Origin: Amoebophrya sp. A120
Lineage: Eukaryota > Protista > Dinoflagellata
DNA length: 64,000 nt
Direction: 5' to 3'
NCBI GenBank assembly: GCA_905178155.1
Contig: CAJINV010000008.1
Location: 186,001-250,000, forward strand
Under the pieces are notes generated by a model, which was given only the letters and a program-made list of their open reading frames with translations, was not told the origin of the DNA and made no database searches. Each line of letters begins with the position of its first letter. Positions within the stretch are counted from its first letter, which is position 1. This document shows positions 40,101 through 52,075 of the stretch, in pieces. A program made the translations under genes and the position numbers.

Positions 40101-43100
40101 GCTCGGGGCTTCCGAAATGCACGTGAAACCCGTGTTGCGCAGGGAGTCCAAGGGCAACCGGAAGGTGCTCCGCTCGACGCCCTCGGTCGCGACCCGCGGG
40201 GTCATGCGCAAGTTGGTGTAGTCGATGGCTATGTCTTTCAGCACTGTTGGCTTGTACGACTTCGCAGTTTTCGGATCGTAGATGTTCGGTTCTGCGTAGC
40301 ACAAAGCCCGGTTCATACTCTGAATCCCCTCGACGCCCATGGGGTTGAACTGGCAGTACACTGTGTTGATCGAGGATTTCGTAGAGAGCAGCGTCTGCTC
40401 CAAAATGAAAATCGTTTTCGCGGTGCAGTTGCAGTGCGACACGTCCAACACTTCCAACTGCTCGTTCTCGCGCAGACATTCCAGCACGAACGGCACCCCC
40501 ACGTTGTCGATGTCAATGGATTCAACGTGGGACAGCGACAACTCCCTGAGGCTCTCGAACTCGTTTCGCCGCAACGCGTCGCCCAAGTCGAACAGGTCTT
40601 CGTGGAGCAAGTTATGCGACAGATCTAGCTTGCGGAGCTTCATCAGACTGTCGCGCACCACGGCGGTAACGCCGGCGCCATCGTGTGCGTGGCGCAAGTA
40701 GCCCAGACACGTGTCCGCGAGGTCCAACTCTTCGAGCAAGGGCAGCTTTTCCACGGATGTGAAGAAACTTTCGTGCGGCACGGCAAACAGCTTCGTCCCG
40801 CGCAGAGACAGGCACTGCATGTGCACCGGAAAGGGCACCATGCCGCGACTGAGGTCCAGCTGCGCCGTGATGAACTTCCGCAGCTCCAGCCGCGCGGTCG
40901 ACTGCGTCGCGGTCACCGGGTAGAGCTGCGACTCGCGGTCCTCCACCTCCCCGATTTCGTGGAGGTGGTGCTCGAGCAGGTCGTGCAGCACGTGATTTGG
41001 CAACTCCGCAAGATTGTTCTCCGCGGCCTTCTGCTTGGCGAGCGCCTCGAGGTCCGCGCCCTCGTCCTCAGCGAGCAGATCTGCTGCGCTGTTCATACTG
41101 CGCATGAAGGATCCGAAGCTGCGCAATGTTGCGCCACCGTGCTTCTCCGATGCGTTCACTTTGCTTTTCGTGGGCGACCGCTTGTTCATCATGACACTCC
41201 CTGCAGTGGACGGCCGGCTTCGGCGTTGCGCCGAGCTCGGCCGCGACGTGCCGCGCAACACCTCGCTCTGTTTCTCCAAGATGGCTTCAAAATCGTCATC
41301 GTCGAAGTCGTCCATGCTGGAGACCCCCGAGTAGAAAATACCGCTCTCTTGCAGCGAAGATCGTCGGCCCTGCGGATTTCTTGTGCTGAAAAACCCGCTC
41401 TGGCTGCCCACGCGGCTACTGGACGTGGGGTTGCGCCCACGAAAGGCGACGCCCTTCGGACTCAAGGGCGATGTTGGGCTTTGCTTCGGGCTACTCGACC
41501 CCCGCGAGGGGGTCGACAAGCCGGACGCCTTAGTCTCTGGATAGAACAGCATTACTTGCTGATGTGGCGCACTGCCAACTGCTGATGTAGTGATGTCCCC
41601 GGTGTTGATATTTCCTTCTCCTGGCACTGCCGTGTGGTTTTGCGCCACGAGACTGGCAAGACTAGTGACACGCCTTTCGTGTTTCTCGTTCTGCATGTGC
41701 ATGTCGCTGGAACGCTTGGCGTTCAACAGTGGGAGCGTTTTAGTCAAGGCTAAGGTGCTCTTCGCATCGCCCGCAATCATCGGAATGTCGATGCTGGGGC
41801 CATGAAATGCATCCGCGGCGCGGCGCGGCATGTTGACCACGCCCGACAAGTGCAGCGCATCTGCGCTGTCGGGAAACTCCTCGACGTTCGTCGGTAACAA
41901 ACTTCGGTCCACGCCTGCACGACTCTGGTCCCCCAGCTTTCCCTTCCAGGAGAAACTGAAGTCGTCGCCCGGAGCATGGTGCCGAATCATGTTTCGGAGG
42001 TCTGGTGGATGCAATTTCGAACCGTCGCTCGATAACACGTAGGTGTTGTGTTCGTTTTTGTACCGTTGCAGGTTCTTTCCCCCCGACTGGAACAAGGCCT
42101 GCAGGGCCATCACTCCGAAGGTGCGGTCGCCCTCCAAGTTGCCCCAGATCTCCAGCGTCGTGAGGTTGGACCAGGGTCGGGACGCCAATACGTTCAAAAC
42201 CGTTACCCAGTGCACGCTCCCCCCGATGCGCAGCGTTTTCCATTTGTTCGTGTGTTCGTTGTCCGCGAACTCGGCACTCACCAGCTGCTTGTCCTGTAGG
42301 AACGCGAATCCGTCGTAGTCGACTTCTGGGCCCCTCGGAAGAATTTTGTTCTCCTTGCACGCTTTCGCGTACCTCGCCTCCTTCGTGTTCAAAGTCGCCA
42401 TCGCCGTGAAAGGCCGCGTCAACACGTCCGCGCTCTGCTGCAGGTTGGGCTTGAAAGTTGCTTTCAAAAATTCTTCCTCCGCGTCTTTTTTTACCACGTC
42501 CTTCCGCACCGTGTTCATGTCCTCCCGGATGCGGCGGAGCATCTCCTCCTTGCGCCGCCGACGCTTGTCAAACTCCTCGCAGATCATGAGCATCACCTTC
42601 AGCCCCTTCTTGTCCGCCAGGTTTCCCTGGTGTATCATTTCCTGGATGCGACGCTTGCGCTCGTCTTCGTCATGTACCCACTTTGTGTCGTCTTCGTCCT
42701 CGCTGCTACTGGACAGCGCCCCGAAGCCCACCCGCATGTTGAAGGCCTTCTTTAGCTGCTCGGCCGCCTCGGGCGGCGCGTCGTCGGGAACCTTCGGCTC
42801 TTCCAGCATGTTAAGCTTCGCTAAATTCTTCTTGGCTTTCCGCATCAAGTTTTTCCGATGGGCCTTCAGCGCCCGGTCCTGCGCCTTCTGCCGCCGGTCG
42901 TTCTTCAGCTTTTCCCGCAGCTTTTCCGCGTTGTCCTGCGCTGCAACCAGGTATCCGTCACCCTCCATGGAATAGGGTTCGTAGGCTACGGTGACCATCC
43001 CGGACAGGGTACTCGACGCGAGGCCGCGCATGCCGATCACCGGCCGGATGCCGTACCCGAAGTCGCTCCGCGCCCGGGTCCGCACGAACGCCGCCGTCAG

Positions 43101-44033
43101 CGGCCGATGCGTGATGTTCCGCTCCCGCATAGCCAGTAGCGGCTCCATGATGGCGCGCTTCGGGGGGTTTTCCCCGTCTTCATCAGCCAGGTACTGCTCC
43201 TTTTCCTTGAAGATGTTCCTGGCGTCGTAGTTCTGCTTCATAAACCCCATGGAGTCACAAAGGGTCGAGTGCATTTTCGCGCCGCGGAAGCCTCCGAGAG
43301 TGGTGTGCTGCTTCCTTGTGTGCTTTTTGTAATACTCGGAATCGATGCGCATGTTTTGCAGCAGATCGTTCTGCACAGACGAGCGCTGCGCTTCTTTCTC
43401 GTCCCCCGCGTCGTTTGCGAACAACGCCTGCAACCTTTTCGAGACGAACACACCGGCGTTCTGCCGCCGCAACATTTTTCCCGATTGGAGATTATCGAGC
43501 GACTTGTTTTTGTTTCCCACCTGCTCGCCCGCGGAGCTGTCTCGCGGGCCTGGACTGCCGGTCGTGTCGTCCTTCTTCTTCCGCCTCCGCCCCCGCGTGG
43601 CTAGCAGCTCCTGGTCCTCTTCCACCTCCGTTGGCCGCTTGACATAGCCCACGCCCGGGAAGACCGTCTCTACTTTACTGACATTCACTTTGCTCTTCTC
43701 ATGCGCCTTCAGCTTCCCCAGCACCCGATCGCACTTGCCCGTTCGCTCGGTGGGCTCCACGTGCTCCGCCACCCCCAGCTCCGTCCACCACTCGTTGGCG
43801 CGCGCGTTGCCGCGGGTCCGCTCGCCCATGAAATCGGAAGTAACGAAGGTCAGCAAATTGTCAATCAGTTCATCTCGAATTTTCAGCCCCTTAATCTGCG
43901 TCCGCACCTTCTCGATGCAGCGAATCATGGCTAGGCACGCCGCATTAGGGGGCTCCTCCGCGTCGGACGAGTCCGGGTTGTCTAGATACTTTCGCCGCCT
44001 CTCCTCGGCTTTCTGCTTGGCATCTCCACCCAT
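37167..44033 (-). CDS. ~2200-aa leucine-rich-repeat (RNI-like) protein, 2 exons separated by an IR intron near 39277-39537
   Basis: LRR units LEELDLADT, LRKLDLSHN, LRELSLSHV and LEVLDVSHC. The ORFs of 1560 aa and 743 aa are in the same frame. Confidence 0.8.
39277..39537 (-). mobile_element. Introner-like intron with 23-bp perfect IR (exact ends uncertain)
   Basis: TGTAAAAATGTCTGGGTCTGGAA at 39282-39304 is inverted at 39507-39529; GATAC DR. Contains the in-frame TAA at 39525. Confidence 0.75.
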
Positions 44034-44175
44034 AATACGAGACTTCGAAAGAGAACTGATGTGTGCGTGTTTGTCTAACGTATTTCGCTGATAATGAAGA
44101 TGTCTCGCTATTTGTTTAACGGAGTTCGGTGATAATGATGTCGCCGAAATTGATTTTGGTGCAAAATTGAATGTA

Positions 44176-45219
44176 TGGCCCGGACAACTCGTGATTTGAC
44201 AAAACATTTTTTTTTTTTCATATAGCTACTTTGGCGAACCTTTGCCCGCCCTCAAAGTGATTACGTATCCATTATCTAGCTCAAGGGAGCTACTAAACTA
44301 GATAGATAATGTAGCTAGGTAATGAAGTAGAAGTAGGGTCTCCGGCTCCGGCTGTTGCCGCTGCACTGCCGAAAACCAGGCGAAGCTGAAGCGGGCGCCC
44401 TTCCACTTGAAGGCGCTCGCGATCACTAATAGCGCCGCGTGCATGGCCCGCCCGAAGGCGGAGGAGATAACCATCGAGCCCGGATGCGGAAACCTGTATG
44501 ACGCGATCCCGGATGGCGCATGTCTTGCGTGTTTTTCCTTCCAGGGGGATGGTTCACCCCCCGGGGGGGGGGATGGTTCATCCCCCCTATGATGATCCCC
44601 CCTGACGATCCCCCCTGCCGATCCCCCAAAATCCGCCCCGATTTGGGGGGGGATAAAGATCCCCTCTTTCGATCCCCCCCCTTTTGCAGCTAGCCTGCGC
44701 GCTATGCTGAATTTTTCTTGCCGCATTTCTGAGGGGATCATCAGGGGGGATCATAATCCCCCTGAATGATCCCCCTGATTGATCCCCCCCTTCGCCCGAA
44801 AATCCATATACCCCTTCACCCCCCCTGTAAGGGATATCCCTATCGGGCCCCCAACCAGCCCACATCGGGAGGGCAAGTCGTCGTGAACTTGTAATGCAAA
44901 TCTATTCTTCACATTGAACTTGTCACGCCAACTTGCTTACTTGTAACGAAGGTGCGTTCTTCCGACCACTCAAAATCTGGCAAGGCGATGCTTAGGGGAA
45001 CGGATGCGCGATGGCGCCGCTCGTTCCTGACGATCGTGATGACTCTCGGCCGTGGCAACTTCTTCAAGTTCATCAGATAGCTAGCCTACCTACCTACATC
45101 AGGAGCTACCCCAAGGGGGACCAAAAGTAACTATCTGACTCAGGCGTAGCAGAAGGATCGCCGAAGTAGCTATATTATAAAAAAAAAATGTTTTTGCAAA
45201 TCACGAGTTGTCCGGGCCA
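44176..45219. mobile_element. ~1.04-kb non-autonomous fold-back/MITE-like element
   Basis: TIR TGGCCCGGACAACTCGTGATTTG (23 bp identical) continues with high identity for ~70 bp and degenerately to ~150 bp. GAATGTA direct repeat at 44169-44175 and 45222-45228. Confidence 0.85.
44545..44852. repeat. GATC-poly(C)/poly(G) low-complexity palindromic tract inside the fold-back element
   Basis: Many GATCCCC(C) units in both orientations, with G/C runs of 4 nt or more. Confidence 0.8.
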
Positions 45220-45288
45220 GAGAATGTAGCATCAGATGCTAATATCGATGCATAGATACGAAAAAAGAACATGGACAAGAAGTGAAGC

Positions 45289-45921
45289 CTAAATCAAAAA
45301 CAGAAAGAAGCTGCCGTACAAGAGCTTCGACTTTGCGCCGGTCCAGTTTCGCTTTGCGTTGGAGTTTGAGCTGCTACTTCGCCCGCCGCCGGCGAGGAAC
45401 TCCTCTCGCTTCTTCGCGAGCGTCGGGTTATTCAGTAAGTACGGATTGTCTGCGATCGCGGCGTAGTCCTTCGTGCCCCGGATCAGCAAGCACTGCGCGC
45501 TGTGGGCGTTCGTAATCTCGCCAGAGGCACGCATGATTGTTTGCCGGTTTTGTTTCTCCCGCGAAATCGGCTCCAGCACGTTTACCCCCTCGTCGGCGCG
45601 GCCCCGGGCCTGCGTGTCCACCTTGGTCCTTACCTGGATTTGGGACAAGTATTCCCGCTGGACCCGCGCCTTGCGCTCTTGGAAGCCCTTCGGATCCACT
45701 TGGAACTCGACGTTGCCCCACATTGCGTCAAACAAAATTGCCAAGTGGTCGCTCCCTTCCTGCTCGAGGTCCTGTTGCTCGAGCGCGGAAAGGTTCCTGT
45801 GCTCGGCCATCTTGTCCACGCCGCTCGGGGCCAAACCCGTAGTCAGCATGTCCAACATCCGCACCTTGCCGGTGCCATCCGGCTGGTCCCCCCCTGCCTT
45901 TGCAGCGGGCGTTGAAGACAT
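45289..45921 (-). CDS. Hypothetical protein (~210 aa)
   Basis: Stop-free ORF with GC3-rich codon usage like the neighbouring LRR gene. No family recognised. Confidence 0.65.
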   Translation of the reverse strand: MSSTPAAKAGGDQPDGTGKVRMLDMLTTGLAPSGVDKMAEHRNLSALEQQDLEQEGSDHLAILFDAMWGNVEFQVDPKGFQERKARVQREYLSQIQVRTKVDTQARGRADEGVNVLEPISREKQNRQTIMRASGEITNAHSAQCLLIRGTKDYAAIADNPYLLNNPTLAKKREEFLAGGGRSSSSNSNAKRNWTGAKSKLLYGSFFLFLI

Positions 45922-47301
45922 CGTCCGGGGCCAAATAGGAAGGTGATACGGAGAAGTCCGCCCGGTCCTCTACGCAGAAAGAACCCCGTACATCAACTTA
46001 GTTGATCTGCAAGTGCTTGCGCCGCACGAACGTGGTTTCTCTTTCTACTGATCATATAGGTATTGCCTACCCGTGCGCCCGGATAGTTCAGGTTGAAACA
46101 GCTCCCGATACATCTCCATCGCAATCCGGGACGAGGCAGAAAAGAACTTCTACAGAAGTTGGTTCATGTTCATCTTGACTTCCGGCTCAAAGTAAAAAGC
46201 CCACGACCTCTAATTTTTTTCATACAACCAAGTCCGTGTCTGCAACCCAAACCAAGAACTGGCTGGTGCGTGCTCTCTGAATTTGAGTTTATTAAACTTG
46301 TAGTTGAGCAGTCTTACCAACATACGCGCTTGTGTATGTTAGTTTTTTCTCCACGTCGGCGAAACCCTAACAGGTGAGGCCACGATCAGGTTTGTGCACA
46401 CTAATAAAGCATCGCGGTCCAACAACTCTGTCTCCAACAAAAACCAAAAAAAAAATCTTTCTGGTGGTTGACGGTAATCTCTAACTCTAAGAACTCTATA
46501 ATCAACAAAATAGACGGAAACGAATATATGGATGTCTAAAAGAGACACCGACACACAATGAATTGCAATTGATTCAACAACTACAGAAAAATAAGTAACG
46601 ACACGAATCATTTTGGCGTCATCAAAGACGAAGACCACGACCACGACCAGATCCGGATATCACGAATCCCAACACGAGTTTATTAGATGCGCTTACCCTG
46701 GTCGACGTGTCACGAAGAAGATTACGATTAGGTTTAGGTGGACAAATCGAAATCAAAATCACATTACACTGTGACAGAACCGATAAATTGAATTTCGTGT
46801 CGTAAGTGAGGGCATGCTATTGATTGGGTATGCAGTAGATAGATCATTCACATTTTCGCCTAGACACGATAACGTAAATCGCAGAAAAAGCAAAAGCAAA
46901 GTCGGTTTGTTTACGACGCCTCGACGACCCATGGCGATGCCCTCTACGCCAGCACCAGCAGTTAATCAAATTACGAAAATCTTCAACAGAAGGAATGTCT
47001 TTACGCAGGGAATTTCCTGCGCAGGCACGATTAATTATAATTATGCGGGCAGGAAATAGAAAATGAATATCGAGATCGACACCTGCTGCCGGGGCTGCAT
47101 GCTGCAACAACGACATCAACGCCCAACTTTTGGGAACACACACCAGAAGATTGGCGAGATTACTCATGTTAATGGTGCTGCATGCTGATGCTCCTGGTGA
47201 TTCTTGACAGCCATAGAGTGTTTATTCCGTATACTGTCTGTTGCAATTCCAGAATTCAGCTCGGCTCCACGCGCCTTGTTCACCCAGACATTTCACCTGC
47301 T

Positions 47302-49532
47302 TCAGCCCTCCGTTTCCATGGCACTTGCGCCGCAGTCTTTCTCGCGAAGGCTCATGGCAATCGCTAAAAGTTCGCGCTTGACTTCTTGTCCGATGCCTTT
47401 CTCGTGGCAGTGGACCTTCAGGAGCTGCTTGAGCTTGAGCCTTTGCTCCCCGTTCAGCTCCCCCTTGTACCGCTGCACAAAGATCAGCAAACATCGGTGC
47501 CAGACAAGAGGCAGCTCGCGCTCGTCTGCTAAGAACGAGTAAAAATGATCCACCAGCTTGTCGATCACAGAGTACGGAAGCGAATACCTTGATTTTATTT
47601 TTGCAAGAAAAGTGGAATGCTTCTCTACTTGTCGCAGATGGAGATCATGTATCATGATGCCCGTGGTTGCCCTCCTCGCACAGATATAAATCTCCGTCGC
47701 GACCTTCTACTGTTCTGTGAAACAACTGCAAGTCAGCGAAGAGACTCTCGAGCAAGAACGAATAGTGCAAATGCAAATCTGTCATGCAAATCAACCAGAA
47801 AAACTAAAGACGACATGCGCATCAACAAGAAAAACTAAAGACGACATCCGCTTGATGTTGCCCGTAGGTAAAAATTGCTGCAGCAAAAAAGTACTTTTTG
47901 TTGATGAGCACGGCCATGAACATCGCGGTGGTCCCGTACCACGGCGAGAATTCGGCTAGTCGCACCAAGGATGCGCTCGCGTGCAGAACTGGGACAGAAA
48001 TTTTTCCCAGCACGGAGCAGACGATGTGGGCCTCGCGGAGTGTGCACGACTCGAGCGCCAACGGGAGCAGAATGCCTTTCATGAACGCGGCAGGCTTGAA
48101 CATGGCCTTCTTCAAACACTCGTAGTAGTGGAAGTTGAGCTTTTTGTTCTCCACCATATCGCTGCGGACCGCGGGCAGTAGAACCAGATTGAAAAATCGT
48201 TGTGCCATTTTCGCGTTCAACTGACTCGCAAAAATTTTCACGGCTTCCCGCATCGCATTTGGACTCCAATCCAGCGGGTTAGTCAAACACAAGACTTCTT
48301 CCCAGTTCGTCAAACTTGGAATCACCAAAAACGGCTTGGGCATCTTCCCGCTCTTGTAGGTCTTCAACCACTTTCCAATCTCGGTGTAGACCTGGATTAC
48401 CTTGGGACTCAGCTCGTTCTTATGCTTCGCCGAGTTCTGCGTGCTTTCCGTGGCCTCGTTTGGCAGTCGCGTCAGTTCCTCTGTTCGCTCCTTGAGCTGC
48501 TGCATCACGATGTCTGCCAGGGACGTGGAGCCATTACCGGATTCATCCTGCTGGGCTGTTTTGTTCGCAGCTGCGTGCTCTCCTGCACGGGACGATGTGG
48601 ACGAACTCGCGCCTCCTGCAGACGGCGGAAGGAACATCTGCAGTGCCGCCTCCTCTTCGGCCGTAAGCTGTCCTACGCCCAAGCTGTCAAGCTTGAGAAA
48701 CCCGTCCTCATCCTGGAGCTCGAGGTCTTCTACCTCATCCTCCTCATTGGCGTTACTACCAGTGAAAGCTGCGTCTTCTCGCGCACCATGCAGGTCCAGA
48801 TTTGCGCCTTCATCCTCGTCCTCTTTTCGCTGGGCTGCAATGGAGTCCAGTACTTTTCTCGTCATCTTGGAATCCAACATATCTTCCCCTCCTTCAGTCG
48901 CGTTACTGTTATCTGCCGCTGTTGGTGTGATGATGAATGTGCCATTTCTATTGTCGATCAAATTCTACAAGGCGTTCACTGCCAACATGTGTCCAACAAT
49001 AATTTATCAAAGCATCAACATGAGACAATCTGCTTCTGCTGTCTGACTTCCTTCTCCCATAAAAATAAAATTTTGAATTTTTGCGGATTTCGTAGTCGCA
49101 TAAAAATAAAATTTTAAAATTTCGCGGATTCGATTCTCCGACAAAACATCAACCTTGGCGATAAAAATGAAATTTTAAAACTTCGCGGATTCGGTTCTCC
49201 GATAAAACTCAAACTTTGGCTTTCTGTGGCGATAAAAATGAAATTTTAAAATTTCGCTGTCTTGCTGCAAGACAAAAGCGCTGCGCGCCCTTCGATGTTC
49301 GTCTACTCCATACCTCTCCGGCAGTCGCGGAGCGACCGCCCGTGCTAGATAAGACTACAACACAATCACCATTTATCAACCGGAGACAGAAGTTGTAAGT
49401 ACCTTTTGTCCGATTCGGCTTTTTGCGCGGAACGGTCCTCAAGTTTCGCGTGGCGTCGTCGTTTTCCAACTGCACTGATAAAGGGTCATGTCGTGCGGCA
49501 GCTCCTGTTTTCGATCGCCCGACTTTCGGCAT
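47302..49532 (-). CDS. BYSL: Bystin / Enp1 (pre-40S factor), 3 exons (49532-49403, 48912-47895, 47587-47302; 477 aa)
   Basis: RHDPL N-terminus; KVIQVYTEIG..YKSGKMPKPF, LNFHYYECLKKAMFKPAAF and NKK|YSLPYSVIDKLVDHF..LPLVWHRCLL. GT-AG introns; the intron-1 acceptor is less certain. Confidence 0.93.
47790..47851 (+). repeat. 31-bp tandem duplication in bystin intron 2
   Basis: atcaacMagaaaaactaaagacgacatScgc, two copies. Confidence 0.85.
49059..49257 (+). repeat. Four spaced copies of ATAAAAATRAAATTTTAAAAYTTCGC(GGATTCG) in bystin intron 1
   Basis: Copies start near 49059, 49100, 49161 and 49232. Confidence 0.85.
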
Positions 49533-50044
49533 TTTTCGTGTACCAGGATGGAATGGTGTGTACGGAGCAGAAAAAATAAGAGTAGAGGTTGAGATGCTGA
49601 ATCCTATCAAATTTGTACTTAACTATTTGCCGTCTCAAAGAAGAAAAACGCGAATGACACTAGAAAATGCCTTTTTTTGGAAGATATCAGAAGAGGAGAA
49701 AGTCTTTTCTCGAAAAGGCGCTGCAACACTTCAAATCTACCACACCTTCTCTTCACCTGAATGTTTGTGAACAAGTAGCCTTCATCTTTGTGAATAGCGG
49801 AGGAGCAATAAACTTGGACCTAGAAAATGGATCTGGACCACTTATGATCTGGATCTTCTTTGCGTTCTTGTAGGGATCCAGTTGATCACGTGATTTTATT
49901 TCACATACACGACAAAACTGATAAATGATCCTATTTTACTTCGAACCAAACAATTCTTTCCATTTCCTCGCTTCACACGAAATCTCTACCATGACTAGAT
50001 ATAAGTCAGAAAACCCATTATTTAATAGTATCCCGCAATAGAAA

Positions 50045-50222
50045 CAAAGAATAGAAACGAAAAACAAAAACAAAGAACGGAAACGAAAAACAAAAACAAA
50101 GAATGAAAACGAAAAACGAAAACAAAGAATGGAAACGAAAAACGAAAACAAAGAATAGAAACGAAAAACGAAAACAAAGAATGAAAACAAAAAAGGAAAA
50201 CAAAGAATAGAAACGAAAAACA
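50045..50222 (+). repeat. 26-bp A-rich tandem repeat, 7 copies
   Basis: CAAAGAA anchors at 50045, 50071, 50097, 50123, 50149, 50175 and 50201. Confidence 0.95.
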
Positions 50223-50263
50223 ACAACAACGACATGCAGACAAAGTGCCCAAGCTTCTAAGCG

Positions 50264-50733
50264 GCGAAGCCTCGAAACGCCGGAGGAAGCAGCGAAGCCT
50301 CGAAGCAGCGAAGCTTCGAAGCAGCGCAGCCGCGAAGCAGCGCAGCCGCGAAGCAGCGCAGCCGCGAAGCAGCGCAGCCCCGAAGCCTCGAAGCAGCGAA
50401 GCCTCGAAGCAGCGACGCCTCGAAGCAGCGACGCCTCGAAGCAGCGAAGCAAGCCACGAAGCCTCGAGGCAGCGAAGCCTCGAAGCAAGCCGCGAAGCCT
50501 CGAAGCAGCGAAGCCTCGAAGCAGCGAAGCTTCGAAGCAGCGAAGCCTCGAAGCAGCGAAACCTCGAAGCCTCGAAGCAGCGAAGCCTCGAAGCAGCGAA
50601 GCCTCAAAGCAGCGAAGCCTCGAAGCAGCGAAGCCTCAAAGCAGCGAAGCCTCGAAGCAGCGAAGCCTCGAAACAGCGAAGCCTCGAAGCAGCGAAACCT
50701 CGAAGCAGCGAAGCCTCGAAGCAGCGAAGCCTC
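50264..50733 (+). repeat. 8-bp-unit satellite (mosaic of CGAAGCAG and CGAAGCCT)
   Basis: Visible directly in the sequence. Confidence 0.95.
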
Positions 50734-50736
50734 AGG

Positions 50737-51978
50737 TTTGTCGCTGCGCCGGACCGGAGCGACAAGTCCAGGAGTCCCCGGACCCGTCATTTTGTCGTTG
50801 CGCCGGACCGGAGCGACACAACCAGGGGTCCCCGGACCCGTCATTTTGTCGTTGCGCCGGACCGGAGCGACACAACCAGGGGTCCCCGGACCCGTCATTT
50901 TGTCGTTGCGCCGGACCGGAGCGACACAACCAGGGGTCCCCGGACCCGTCATTTTGTCGTTGCGCCGGACCGGAGCGACACAACCAGGGGTCCCCGGACC
51001 CGTCATTTTGTCGTTGCGCCGGACCGGAGCGACACAACCAGGGGTCCCCGGACCCGTCATTTTGTCGTTGCGCCGGACCGGAACGACAAATCCAGGGGTC
51101 CCCGGACCCGCCATTTTGTCGTTGCGCCGGACCGGAGCGACAAAACCAGGGGTCCTCGGACCCGCCATTTTGTCGTTGCGCCGGACCGGAGCGACAAAAC
51201 CAGGGGTCCCCGGACCCGTCATTTTGTCGTTGCGCCGGACCGGAGCGACAAATCCAGGGGTCCCCGGACCCGTCATTTTGTCGTTGCGCCGGACCGGAGC
51301 GACAAATCCAGGGGTCCCCGGACCCGTCATTTTGTCGTTGCGCCGGACCGGAGCGACAAATCCAGGGGTCCCCGGACCCGTCATTTTGTCGTTGCGCCGG
51401 ACCGGAGCGACAAATCCAGGGGTCCCCGGACCCGTCATTTTGTCGTTGCGCCGGACCGGAGCAACAAATCCAGAGGTCCCCGGACCCGCCATTTTGTCGT
51501 TGCGCCGGACCGGAGCGACAAATCCAGGGGTCCCCGGACCCGTCATTTTGTCGTTGCGCCGGGGCGGAGCGACAAAATCAGGAGTCCCCGGACCCGTCAT
51601 TTTGTCGTTGCGCCGGACCGGGGCGACAAAATCAGGAGTCCCCAGACCCGTCATTTTGTCGTTGCGCCGGACCGGAGCGACAAAATCAGGAGCCCCCGGA
51701 CCCGCCAATTTGTCGCTGCGCCGGACCGGAGCGACAAAATCGAGGGTCCCCGGACCCGCCAATTTGTCGCTGCGCCGGACCGGAACGACAAATCCCGGGG
51801 TCCCCGGACCCGCGAATTTGTCGCTGCGCCGGACCGGAGCGACAAATCCCGGGGTCCCCGGACCCGCGAATTTGTCGCTGCGCCGGACCGGAACGACCAA
51901 TTCGGGGGTCCCCGGACCCGCGAATTTGTCGCTGCGCCGGACCGAAGCGACAAATTCAGGGGTCCCCAGACCCGCGAA
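50737..51978 (+). repeat. 54-bp minisatellite, 23 copies, each unit internally palindromic
   Basis: Consensus TTTGTCGTTGCGCCGGACCGGAGCGACAAATCCAGGGGTCCCCGGACCCGTCAT; 18-aa periodicity in the ORF track. Confidence 0.97.
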
Positions 51979-51980
51979 GT

Positions 51981-52075
51981 CCGGTGCCGGACCATGGCCG
52001 CCGAGCCGGTGCCGGACCATCGCCGCCAAGCCGGTGCCGGACCATGGCCGCCAAGCCGGTGCCGGACCATGGCCG
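51981..52075 (+). repeat. 25-bp GC-rich tandem repeat, about 4 copies
   Basis: CCGGTGCCGGACCATGGCCGCCRAG. Confidence 0.9.

Noticed and set aside
37086-44091. Many plus-strand ORFs opposite long genes
   Set aside because: They are antisense shadows of GC3-rich coding sequence, with no motifs.
44298-44865. ORFs inside the fold-back element as a transposase
   Set aside because: Short, Gly/Pro-rich translations of G/C runs with no DDE or other catalytic motif.
50737-51978. CRISPR array (palindromic repeats)
   Set aside because: Units are head-to-tail with no unique spacers, there are no cas genes, and the context is eukaryotic.
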